Shown here one piece after another: positions 30,687-42,620 of a stretch of DNA of 64,000 nt. How positions within the stretch are numbered: position 1 is the stretch's first letter; every line of letters starts with the position of its first letter. The position numbers and the translations under genes were made by a program. Origin of the DNA: Eledone cirrhosa. Lineage: Eukaryota. The DNA lies in contig OZ024740.1 in NCBI GenBank assembly GCA_964016885.1, forward strand, positions 263,252,001 through 263,316,000, written 5' to 3'. Below the pieces are notes generated by a model. It ran no database searches. It was not told the origin of the DNA and saw only the letters and a list, made by a program, of their open reading frames with translations.

Positions 30687-30823
30687 TAATTGTTACTACT
30701 TTAGGTACAAGGCCAGCAATTAACCAGTACATTACTGGTACTTTATTTTATCGACCCCGTAAGGATGTAAGGCAAAGTTAACATCGGCGGGATTTGAACT
30801 CAGACTGTAAAGGGACGTAACTA
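30687..30823 (-). mobile_element. SINE inserted in the right PLE arm only
   Basis: SINE core and tail present. Absent from the mirror position (~28420-28445). Confidence 0.88.
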
Positions 30824-31646
30824 TATAAGATAATATAACTTGATATGGATTACCTTCGAGAGGATGAAAATATGAAGTCTCTTCTTTCTCATGTTTGCAA
30901 ATACTTTAACTATGATTTTATAAATTAAATATGATAGTATACTTTAATATAGATATTTATAAACTTTTATAGCCTGAAATATTATACCTTTAGATTAATT
31001 CATTATTCTGAAATAACATAAACGATTTGAAATTTAACGGTCAGCCGGATACGTTTGGATATATATAATGTATATAATTAATTGTTTAGTATATTTTTAA
31101 TTAACTAAGGACTCGAAATTAAACTGTCATATAATTACACCCAGATATATTTAATATTTAGATTGATTGATTATTTCTAGTTAATTCAAAGATTCGAGTT
31201 TAATCTTTCTCAAAGCTATGCCCAAATATATATTTATGTATTTATATAGATATATATATATATTTGCATCATCTAATCGCACCCTATTCATCCACGACAA
31301 TACAAATCTACCTCCCTATGTTTTATACTATGAAAAATATTCCTCCTTGTCTCTCTATCATTGATCAATTCTCTTTTGCTTTCTATACATCTAGTAACTA
31401 TATTTTTCCTCATTTATTTCTCTATGTCTTTCTTCTTTCTTTCTTCTTTCTTCAATAATTTAAATTATTTGAATCTCTAACAGTTATGTAAATTGCTAAT
31501 ATGTATTTTTAAGCTTTCTCACACGCACCCTCTGTATTATATGTAAATTGTTTCATCTCTCAATTCTTAAGGTATATAAATATTGAGTTTTGTGATATCA
31601 TGACTGAATCTTAACCATCTACTAAGTCAGGGTATGTCATGCATCT

Positions 31647-31713
31647 TACTTTATCTGATGAGGACGTACTGTTGAAGATAGCTCAGTACCTTTGAAATAT
31701 GTATAATAAAATA
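31647..31713 (+). ncRNA. Type I hammerhead ribozyme motif (mirror copy 27563-27629, minus strand)
   Basis: UUUAU-CUGAUGA-ggacGUACUG..CAGUACcuuu-GAAA-UAUGUA-UA-AUAAA. The mirror copy has U16.1 changed to A. Confidence 0.75.
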
Positions 31714-32361
31714 TACTTGATCACACGAATGTCTATTTTTGTTAATATTTTGAATTAATATTAATAACTCCGGAAAACCATTACTTGTTGAGTGCTTCCA
31801 ATCTATTGTAAAACTCATTCTTTGATTTATTTATTGAAACTTGTTTATGCAATTCTGTGTTCCTCTCTTTCTCTCTTACTGCTCCCTTATTCTCTCTGTT
31901 TCTCTTACTTTCTTTCGTCCCCTCTGCCATGTCAGTTAACACTTTCTCTCTACTGACCTCTTCCTCGCACTCCCACTCACTCAGTCCCTGTTTCTCCCTT
32001 TCTTTCTTCCTCCCGTTCGCTGTGAAAACGGTTTTCCTTCTTTCTAACACCGGACTCACTAGTGAAAGATCTGTTTCTGACTCGCGCATATATTCACACA
32101 GCTTATGCTGAAAGAATAACTATGTTGCTTGTGTTTATTTCCATCTTCGGTTAGCTTCCCCCTGTGTTGTTTACTTGTCTCACTCGCTTTACGCGTTTCT
32201 ATTGTCCTAATAACTTATTTTAGTTATTATCGCTCCAACGTGAGGTATATGATTTTTAATGCGATGAAATACCCATGATCGTTTGGTAAATCACTGATGA
32301 GAGACTCATTTTATAACATGTTATCCATGTGCAACCATGCAGTATTCTCCTCACCCATATT

Positions 32362-32400
<39 letters not shown>

Positions 32401-32665
32401 TGTATGTCTGCATGTCTGTGTTCATATATAGGGAACAGATGTGCTTAAACCTCCATTGGTTTCTACTTTTAACTTATTTGTCAAAGCTTGTTTTTTTTAT
32501 TTTCCTATGGGAGATTATGATAAGCATTCAGGATGTGTTTGTAAACTGTTCTGTTCCAAACAAAATGCAAAGTGCACAACAATATGAAGATATACTCCTG
32601 AAAAAGCAGAGAGCTAAAACACATTCGTGTTGTTATAATAACAACGTAGACACCTCACTCCATGA

Positions 32666-32735
<70 letters not shown>

Positions 32736-32766
32736 AGTGTAATTTTCTACACAAAGCGAAGGTTAT

Positions 32767-33400
32767 AGAGAAAATTGAGGTTGGTAATGGCACATGGAAT
32801 ATATAAGAGACAGAATACTTTTTTGTGAAAAAACATAATTTTATAAGGTAAGGAAATAATAAAGGGTATAAAAAATGACCGGTTTCGATGGGTCTGCAAA
32901 AGCCATCTTTTCAAATGTTGATTAATATTAAGAAAAATTAATAATACGAAGAGTTAAAATTTGAGACTTGAAAATTCAAGTATAAAATCAAGTATAAAAT
33001 CACAGGAAGATATGTGTATGTATATTGCTTCCACCCCCTCACTGACCAGCAGCTGGCGATTGCTAAATCTGACCTTTATAAAATAACCCACACCCCAAAT
33101 AACTTCTCATTCACTACCAGAAAGGGACACAGCAGTCAACCTGTTGTTGCTACCAAGATGAAAACTGCTATGAAATCCCACAATGAATTTTATACTTGAA
33201 TTTTCAAGTCTCAAATTTTAACTCTTCGTATTATTAATTTTTCTTAATATTAATCAACATTTGAAAAGATGGCTTTTGCAGACCCATCGAAACCGGTCAT
33301 TTTTTATACCCTTTATTATTTCCTTACCTTATAAAATTATGTTTTTTCACAAAAAAGTATTCTGTCTCTTATATATTCCATGTGCCATTACCAACCTCAA

Positions 33401-33408
<8 letters not shown>
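32767..33408. mobile_element. Fold-back element, about 220-bp near-perfect inverted arms (32767-32988 and 33188-33408), each with an HHR variant
   Basis: Arms are reverse complements. HHR motif at 33256-33303 (+) and 32871-32918 (-). Confidence 0.8.
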
Positions 33409-33474
<66 letters not shown>

Positions 33475-33479
33475 CTATA

Positions 33480-34318
33480 TTGTATGGTTGATTATGCTGA
33501 TTGGGAGAAGAAATACTGTATATATTTTATCTGATGAATCTATGGACTTACTTTCTTATATATTGCTCTGATTGTTGGTTATTTAATTAATTAATTCGTC
33601 ATTGAACCACACCGCGAATGGTTGCCAAAAAGCTATATATTTATATATCTATGGCTCTGTCTAGTTTATGTATATAAACTTCTAAATTTTATATACTCCC
33701 GTAAGGTTGAGTAAAACTTTAGGCAGTATTCGGCTGCGCTTTCTAGGAACCATTCTACTCGCCGACAGGCACCAATCACAAGCTTTCTGACTTGACCACT
33801 AGCCACGTGACAATTGTTAGCCATTTTGAATTCAGTTCTGGCGGGGATCATTTAAGAAAAACATCTGTCCAATTGACCTTCCTGATGATTTCGAATCTCG
33901 TTGATTTATCCAAGATCGGATATTTCCAAAAAGCGAATGAAACCTCAGGTGGTAGAGATATATTTGATGATTTAGTTATGTTTATGTACACTTTTTCTTC
34001 TCACTTTGATTTTGTACCTAATTATGTATGGTTAACTGTATGTCTAGTCAATTTCTACAGGCTATGAGAAATACTAGGTAAAATTTCTGTGGCTGTGAAT
34101 CGCGGATAAAAAGCTATCATTTATCTATCTATTATTTCTTCATGGGTATATTTTAAACTTATAGCCTCGTTTAAATGATTTTTTGTATGGTTGATTATGA
34201 GAAGAAATACTGTATATATTTTATCTAATGAATCTATGGACTTACTTTCTTATATATTACTCTGATTGTTGATTATTTAATTAATTAATTCGTTATTGAG
34301 CCACACCGTGAATGGTGA
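33480..34318. repeat. About 140-bp direct repeats (33480-33625 and 34183-34318)
   Basis: TTGTATGGTTGATTATG..GAGAAGAAATACTG..CCACACCG(C/T)GAATGGT present twice. Confidence 0.8.
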
Positions 34319-34520
34319 AAGGTATATATAGAGTTAGGAACTCAAATATATACCTTTGATATATTCGGCTCCCTTAATTTGTTGAGCTATTTCAAATGTC
34401 GAGTAAACCTGGCTGCTATTTTTAGTGGTGTAGGTTTGTGACACACGCTAGAATGCCATGTGCGCTATTTTATATATTTTATATATACCATACTTAGATG
34501 TGTCTAGGATAATAATTCAC

Positions 34521-34594
34521 CACCCACTGATGAGCCTGGATTGGTATTTCTATTCACAATTAACTTTGCGGAACAACAACAAGTTGTCTGGGTG
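34521..34594 (+). ncRNA. Type I hammerhead ribozyme motif with A13G core mutation
   Basis: CACCCA-CUGAUGA-GC..GC-GGAA-CAAC aacaa GUUG-UC-UGGGUG. Perfect stems I and III, GUC triplet, GAAA changed to GGAA. Lies in a unit bounded by inverted GAGTTAGGAACTCAAA (~34331 and ~34846). Confidence 0.7.
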
Positions 34595-34864
34595 ATTGGT
34601 AGTTACCACAATTCCGGTTTGTATTTATTTTCTTAATTTTTTCTTAAATTGAGACAAACGAACCCAATTGTCTATAGTTAGTATTCTTTTCACCTTAGCG
34701 CATCAGGTCCCTTACGATTTGAACACATATATGTATATGTCTGCTCGTTTTTCTTTTATATTCTTTTATAATATACGGCTCAGAAATATCTCTTTCTTAG
34801 AGCTATTTTATTGTAAGAGACTATTTTGAGTTCCTAACTCAATATATATAACTTTGATATATAT

Positions 34865-34906
<42 letters not shown>

Positions 34907-34990
34907 TGAGAGAGAGAGAGAGAGAGAGAGGGGGGAATATGAAGGAGTCGGGACTCTGACGGCTGAGCTCCTGCCGTTTCAACAGCTATA

Positions 34991-36445
34991 TCTCACTCTA
35001 TATAACATTCTTTGTCTGTCTGTTCCTATCCATTCTGAAACGGCTCGAACAAATCAAATAAAATTTTAGAAGGTAATATTACTAGACTCCGGGTGTGTTA
35101 ATATGTAATGTTTATGTTCCTTTGGAATAAAACAATATAACATGTTATCTCAAATAATCTGTGTATAGTCAACTGTAGTAAACCACGACGACGACGTCAC
35201 ATTTTGTATATGAGTGTATGTGTCTGTGAGTGTGTGTGTTTGCGAGTTCGTTACGTACGTTAGGCCTCAGAGAATTAAACACACACACACATCTACACAT
35301 ACATATAGAATTTGTATTTTGTATACACATTATCTTCTCACACTGAGAATTAAACACATACGCACACATCTACATATATATATATACATATGAGTTTATA
35401 GACTAGTAATAGGTGTGCGCAGATGTATGTCCTTGTGTGTCTGACTTAGTATACGTATGGGAGTGTGTATGTGTGTGTGAGTGCATGTGTGGTAATTTTT
35501 ATTTTGACGTTAGGCCTCAGAATTAAACACACAGATATCTACACATACATATAGCCTTGGTAAGTAGCATAAACATTATCTTCACACACAGACAATTAAA
35601 CACACACACATCTACACATACGGATACATGTGTTGACAGACAAGTAATAGGTGCGCGTGAATGTCTGTCTGTGTGTGTCTGTCTTAGTATATGTATGTGA
35701 GTGTATGTGAGAGTGTATATGTGTGTGAGTGTATGTGTATGTGAGAGTATGTGGGATTGTATGTGTATGTGAGTTTTTATTTTTGTTTGTATTAAAACAA
35801 TAGAAAACAACACAACGACGTCACATTTTATATATGAATATGTATGTGTCTGTGTTTGTGCGTGTTCATTAGGTATGTTATTAAATAGACGCACACATCT
35901 ACACATACATATGTGGCAAATGACAAAAAATAAATGAGGTGAAAACCTATGCATGTATCTGAGTGAATGTATGTCTCACTGTGTCTGTCTTGTGTATGTG
36001 TGTGAGTGTGTAGCAACACTTTATTCGTTTGGACACCAACAAAAACTTACACAAGGAATATTGTTTACCCTAAGGTGCTTCAAGATTGACAGTTTTTCAT
36101 TTTTAATTTTTATTATCATTATAATTTTGATAATTTTTTATAAGATATAGATATTTTGAAATAATTCTGAGAAAAAAAAATATCTTCATATTTATTATTT
36201 ACTAGGTGGATTGGCAGTATCTGTAGAGGGTCGGACGCCATGCTTTCCAGCATAGTTACGTCCCTTCACGATCTGAGTTCAAATCCCGCCGAGGTTGACT
36301 TTGCCCTTCAACCTTACGGGGTCGATAAAATAAAAGTACCAGTAATGCTCTGGGTAATTGCTGGCCTTGTGCCTAAAGTAGAAACAATTATTTACTAATC
36401 TGAATAAGGACAGCAGTAACCCGGCAAACGCAGGGTAGTTCAGCT

Positions 36446-36447
<2 letters not shown>
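34991..36447 (+). mobile_element. Non-autonomous Helitron, copy 2
   Basis: A|TC start, CCCGGCAAACGCAGGG hairpin then CTAG|T end, homologous to 10781-11834, with an extra internal duplication and a nested SINE. Confidence 0.8.
36205..36386 (+). mobile_element. SINE nested in Helitron with 11-bp TSD
   Basis: ATTATTTACTA at 36194-36204 and 36387-36397. Empty site visible in copy 1 near 11775-11785. Confidence 0.92.
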
Positions 36448-36487
<40 letters not shown>

Positions 36488-36556
36488 CACACACACACAT
36501 ATATATATATGAATATGTATGTGCCTGTGATTGTAATTGATGGATACATCTTGTAT

Positions 36557-36714
<158 letters not shown>

Positions 36715-36878
36715 TGTTATACTTTGGGAGGGTCATGTTGCCAATAAGAAACACACGCACCAGTTGCTTTCACTTCAATTTATTATTATAATAAATTTAT
36801 AATAAATTTATAAATTTATAAATTTCTGGTTGGTTGGTTGGTTGGTTGGTTCCACAACCAGATAGTTGTTTATATATT

Positions 36879-36921
36879 GTCATAGTTCTTTCGTCACACA
36901 CTCTGTGACCTCTTCAGTGAC
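36879..36921 (-). ncRNA. Minimal type I hammerhead ribozyme motif
   Basis: GUCA-CUGAAGA-g-GUCAC agagugu GUGAC-GAAA-GAAC-UA-UGAC. Intact core, very short stem III. Confidence 0.78.
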
Positions 36922-37216
36922 TGGGGATTCCTTTCTTTGTTTCTGTGCCACTCCTTTGTTCTGTCCTACGCCATTTTGTTTCTGTGTGTGTGTTGTGTGC
37001 TCAGTCTGCGCATACGCCACATCCGGGTGTCTGTGTGTTTATGTTCATTTATTTATTTGTTTATTTACATGTTACTGGTTGGTTGTTTGTTCTATGTGTG
37101 TGTGTGTTTTCATTTCGTCCATAATTGTAAGTTGTGATGTTGCTGTTCCACTCATATTTTCTATTTAATTTTGGTTGTAATTCTTTTATGTTTATTGCTC
37201 TGTAATTTGTCTAACG

Positions 37217-37249
<33 letters not shown>

Positions 37250-37255
<6 letters not shown>

Positions 37256-39537
37256 TAACAGATTAAAGTTTAAGCAAAGAATCGCTGCTTTCACCCTTAA
37301 CGGGATCTTCTGAAAATAACAAAGTCAATCTGTGAACGCGGAAGTGAATATTTCAAAAAACGTTGCAACCGGAGGAAGACAGGAAGACGATATTTTGGTT
37401 CGTGGGAACGTTCCCTGGCAAAGAACGGGAAAAAACGAATATAATACGTCATTATATAGAGCGGGGAAAAACAATTAAACGCAAAGACAAAACCACGTTT
37501 ATGGTATAAAAGAATCGAAGACTAATATTCTATTAGGTGGTTCATAGAGACGTTCTCTGGCAATGAACGGAAAAAAACGAAGATAATACGTCATATGTGG
37601 AGCGGGAGAACAATAGCACGCAAAGACAAAACCACGTAAATGGTATAACTGAAGTCATTAAGAATAAAGTAAATAAAATACAGAGGAAATCGAAATTAAA
37701 TAAATACATACACGCATCCATATACGTACATACACAATCATACGCGAAAACACTCGTCATAGGTATACAAATACACGCACGTACACAAAAAAAAAATCCC
37801 ACGCACATACAGAAACCACGCAACGCATACGAATGTATACACCAAATACACATAAAATTATATATAAAAGAATATATACTAATATATATATATGTGTGTG
37901 GTTTCGCGTATACATATAATCAAATAAACGTATATAAATAAATAAATACGTATATAACAAGCGCACACACATACCTACATGTAAATACACATATGTTAGG
38001 AGACTACGTCAACCAAAACACGAAGTACACATATACACACATCCTACATACGTACGAACCCGCATACTCACGCAGACGCAAAACTCACGTATACACATAA
38101 CCAAAAGCATATGTACCAGAATATATAATATATACGCCATAACACATACAATCAAATATACGTACGAGGAAGTATACGTACCTTCACAAAGCATACAGGT
38201 AATATATACTTACCTATACAAATAAGTAATGGTATGTAAAATATCCGCGTATAGTTCGTACTCTCCGTTAGGGTATAATGTGGGGCTGTAATAGCGGAAA
38301 ATTTTGTGCAATTTATGTTTACAAGTCAAAAATGCCTAACATTTTTTGTTTCAGATGTGGTCTTTGGCATATAGTATTTCCAGAGCCTCAGCGGCGCAGA
38401 GGTCACATGATCTTTTATTTCCGTTATACGATCTAGCCCTAGCTAGGATCTCCCAGTGTAAACTATATTGGGTACGGTTGTCTTTTAGACTAAAGGTATA
38501 AGCTGAAAGTGACGTCATATTCCTTCTTAAAGGGTAACGAAAAGAATGGTTATGCATGTAAAGACGCTGATTGAATCTATTGGCGGTGAACCCTATGTAG
38601 GCCCTACGGGACGTGGGTGTTTCAACCTTACATTTGTAGACAATGTTACTAGAGAGGCATTTCCCGGATAGGAGGCAGTCAACTCGATTCCTACAATTAC
38701 AGTTAGTCCTAACTACAGGATTGCACGTGCTCCTACGGCTGTTATGTGCAATGTCGTAGAGAAAGCACTTTTAATAGTATTTCTATTAAAAATGTTACTA
38801 TATTTATGTGTAGAAGGAAAATACTTCATAAGGGAGAGAAATATCTTAGCTAATGGTGTAGTCACCTCCATATTATATGGTGGGTTACACCATATAATGC
38901 GTCGGGATCTATTTCTTCTAGGTCTATTCTCGTATATGCTACCTTATCGGCAAATCCACTTCGAGCAAGAGCTTCATTGTAATATGTGGAATGGTCGTTG
39001 AAAATATGCTCGTTAGTAGATAGACGGGCAAGCCCTTGAGAAACGTTTCATACTAGTTTCTTTGTTATGCTGGCAGGATGGTTAGAAAGCTTACTAATGT
39101 AATTAAGCGTATCATTCGGCTTTCTATACGGGTAATGAAAGCCATTCGATAAATTGAGGGTAACGTCGAGGTAATTAACGACAGAGAGGTTGGCCTCAAC
39201 CTCTATGGAGAGGTTGAAGCCTTTAAAGAAGGCCAAATAATGAAGTATTATATTCGTGTTATCCCTTTCTTTGCCAGGGAACGTTTCCACGAACCAAATT
39301 ATTGTCTTCCTGTCTTCCTCCAGTTGCAACGTTTTTTTGAAATATTCACTTACGCGTTCCTCTATTGACTTTGTTAGTTTCAGAAGATCCCATTAAGGGT
39401 GAAAGCAGCGATTCTTTGCTTAAACTTTAATCTGTTATTTTAATAAATATTTGCTCTCCGATTCTTATATATTTGATATATATTAATCCTTATCGAGCCC
39501 TCTTTGGATTTTAGTCTTCAAATTTATTATTATTACT
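37250..39537 (-). mobile_element. PLE insertion: RT thumb + GIY-YIG (about 38340-39250) with inverted terminal arms (37250-37445 and 39250-39445)
   Basis: VNYLDVTLNL..PYRKPN..YI..SNHP, IIWCNPPY, IFNRNTIK, NCNCRNRVDCLLSGKCL..IVYKC..YIGFT..RF..H, CDLCAAE. Arms are reverse complements. Confidence 0.88.
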
Positions 39538-39548
39538 ATATATATATA

Positions 39549-39592
<44 letters not shown>

Positions 39593-39669
39593 TATACATT
39601 TATATAAATATATATAAATATATTTATATATTTATATAAATATAAATATATATATAGGAATTTGCCCAT

Positions 39670-40881
39670 TATACAGGAGCAAATCATGGAATATCTTAGA
39701 TAGGGTTAGACATAAGATAGGGAAAGCCACCTCATGGTACGATAACCAGAGATACCAGAGTGTCATGTTTGTTGACGCTACCCCTGGAGGGAAATTAGCT
39801 AACCAGTGTAGAAAGGCCCCGAGAAAGACCCACTTAAAGATTAAGGTGGTAGAAAAGCCAGGAACCACCATAAAATCCCTGATCAGCAAAATCTACCCTT
39901 TAAAGAAAACCCACTGTACTAATAGGAAATGTATCATATGTAAGGTAAACCCCCGGATAAACTGTAAAACTAGAAACGTAGTCTATAGCATAAGATGTAC
40001 AGAGGGTACTTGCAGAAACATGACAACAACATACATAGGTGAGACAACTCGTAGCATAGGTGAAAGGATAGACCAACACTGGGGGAACTAAAAGGACGAA
40101 AAAACGGGTCAGTACTATACGAACATGCCAGACAACAACACGACGGTAACATAGACAACATAGAAATTAGAATAATATCTAAACATAGAAATGACCCAGC
40201 AGATAGGCAAATCAGAGAGGCCAGTGAAATAGAACTTAGAAGGCCAAGACTAAACAGAAAGAATGAACGGAATAACAACAACACGCAAACAAACAACACT
40301 GACCAAAGAGAAGTATAAATAAATAAATAAATAGATAAATAAATAAATAAATAAATAAATAAATACATACACAAGCACAATAACAACAAACACATATAAA
40401 CACACACTAGTCACCCAATCACGAACACACATCAAACAAAACACTATACACACACGCAAACGCATGCGCAAAGAAGACAAAATAAAATAAACAAACAAGC
40501 AAATAAATAAATAAATATATAGACAGACTAAATAAAAATGGCGTAGACATACAATGTAACGGGAGGAAACAATAGCACCACTGACGATGTTGCAGATGTG
40601 CAACGAAATATTTATGATAAACTATATATATGTGTTTGTGTCTATATCGTATCTGTATTATTTTTGACCGTCGGTCAGTCAATGGCAACATTGAGGACCG
40701 AATAAATTAGATTTCCGATATAAAAAACACAGAAGCGAAAAGCGAAAACCAACCAAACAGTGAGTGTTTTCTGTTATTAATTCTGGCAATATTACACAAA
40801 TATGACCCTCCCCAAGTATAACAATATTTGTTTCGACACACGATTTCATATAAAAAACCTCGCAAAACTAATTCATCACCG

Positions 40882-40890
<9 letters not shown>
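39670..40890 (+). mobile_element. 5'-truncated PLE (Cys-rich linker + GIY-YIG, Neptune-like) with 3' terminal region
   Basis: VMFVDATPGGKLA..IKVVEKPG..CTNRKCIIC..NCKTRNVVYSIRC..YIGETTRSIGERIDQH, then RQIREA..I..LNRK. HHR in the 3' region. Confidence 0.88.
40572..40625 (+). ncRNA. Minimal type I hammerhead ribozyme motif in PLE 3' region
   Basis: CA-CUGACGA-u-GUUGCA gaug UGCAAC-GAAA-UAUU-UA-UG. Strong stem II, stem I interrupted. Confidence 0.7.
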
Positions 40891-40926
<36 letters not shown>

Positions 40927-40934
<8 letters not shown>

Positions 40935-41503
40935 CGCAAGATAAGAAAATTATAAAATTATAAAAAAATTATAAAATTGACTTACTTACTAAAATATCAC
41001 TTCCAACTAATTAGTTTCTGGAATGGAGTAAATATATTTTCCGAAGAACATATAAAAAGCATTCCGTCGTCAGGAAAGTCTCTTTTCATGTAAGTTTCCA
41101 GGCATAGCGAGGACTCTGGAAACTTATCAAAAAAATAATTCAGTGGAGAGGAAATAGCGAAGCGTGGACTGAAATCCTAGCCATTGAGAAAATCACTGTC
41201 TCTACGTCCGTGGCAAATTCAAAAAGAATCAATCACGTGACATCGAGGTCAATCAGTGGAAAGCGAGTTGTTAAAAAGACAGCGGCCTGCCTCCTACTAT
41301 AGCAGCAGTCATGGCCAATATTGCTCGACAAATGAATTGGAGATAATTATAAAGAATTTATATCTAGTAACATTTATATACATACAGATGCATATCAATG
41401 CTAGCAAATATATAGGTTTTGTCTTAGTAACGTTATGGTTCAATGCATGGGGTTGCAGAACAATAATATGAGAGACGCAAGAAAATAAAATTATAAAATT
41501 ATA
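40927..41503 (-). mobile_element. Non-coding HHR-containing unit, 541-nt period, about 35-bp terminal direct repeat (retrozyme-like)
   Basis: ATGAGAGACGCAAGA..AAAATTATAAAATTATA at 40927 and 41468, flanked by (TA)n. HHR at 40999-41079. No recognisable protein. Confidence 0.6.
40999..41079 (-). ncRNA. Type I hammerhead ribozyme motif with extended stem II
   Basis: ACUUUC-CUGACGA-cGGAAUG..UUC UUCG GAA..CAUUCCa-GAAA-CUAAUUAG-UU-GGAAGU. Confidence 0.8.
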
Positions 41504-42290
41504 TATATATATATATAACATATATATAACATATATATATATAACATATATATATACATATATATATATATAACATATATATATATATACATAAAAGATA
41601 TATCCAATTACAATTTTTACTTGATGATTTAAATGAGGCTGCTATAAATGCAAAATGGGACAGATAAGCGAAAAAAAAAATTACATGCGTAAAATAGACA
41701 TCCCGACCATGGTTTCCGCCTAATAAAAATCAATTTTGGATAGGATATCGAAAATTGAGCGAATATAGGCTCGTCACGAGATGTTCTACCTACAAAGGTT
41801 ATTTTCAAGTTGCCGCTACATACTAAATCTTCAAAAGATAAAAGGATCACGTGATAGGTAGTTGACTTGAAATGGTGTGATAGATAGTTGTATGTATCAG
41901 TGATGATTTGTTTCATACTTGCGTTGTGGTCGAGTAAAACTAGAATGAAAAGTGAGCTATTTCTAGCAATATTTCGCCCATCTGACAATCCATCAAAATA
42001 AATATTTGCAATGTCACCTTAAACAAATATTTAAAAAATAAAACCCTTCAAGTGGTTCAGTGGTGGAAGTGCCGTATTACATAACTCGACATTTTAAACG
42101 ACACAAAGTTTAAGGTGTTCAATCCACATCTCGGTTACTCAAAAAGAAGAAGAAAGTAAATGGCTCTATGAAAGCCTCTTATTCTTGGACCCACCTTCAG
42201 CGCTTAGGCTCTATCGCCTGTATATTCGATTATAATGTTGAAGTGTTCGCTACATACTAGGCGTAGTGCCGCGGTCAGTGCTTCACTCGC

Positions 42291-42620
42291 ATCGGCACTA
42301 ACCGTTCATTATCGCCGTCATTCGGCACTAACCGTTCATTATCGCCGTCATTCGGCACTAACCGTTCATTATCGCCGTCATTCGGCACTAACCATTCATT
42401 ATCGCCGTCATTCGGCACTAACCGTTCATTATCGCCGTCATTCGGCACTAACCGTTCATTATCGCCGTCATTCGGCACTAACCGTTCATTATCGCCGTCA
42501 TTCGGCACTAACCGTTGATTATCGCCGTCATTCGGCACTAACCGTTCATTATCGCCGTCATTCGGCACTAACCGTTCATTATCGCCGTCATTCGGCACTA
42601 ACCGTTCATTATCGCCGTCA
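42291..42620. repeat. 30-bp minisatellite, 11 units
   Basis: Unit TTCGGCACTAACCGTTCATTATCGCCGTCA, only a few single-base variants, no spacers. Confidence 0.97.

Larger units (their letters stand above)
27516..31850 (+). mobile_element. PLE insertion with about 1-kb inverted terminal arms (27516-28520 and 30605-31762)
   Basis: The arms are reverse complements and enclose a degenerate GIY-YIG ORF. Each arm carries an HHR. Confidence 0.88.

Noticed and set aside
42291-42620. CRISPR-like 30-bp repeats
   Set aside because: Units are contiguous with no unique spacers, there are no cas genes, and the context is eukaryotic.
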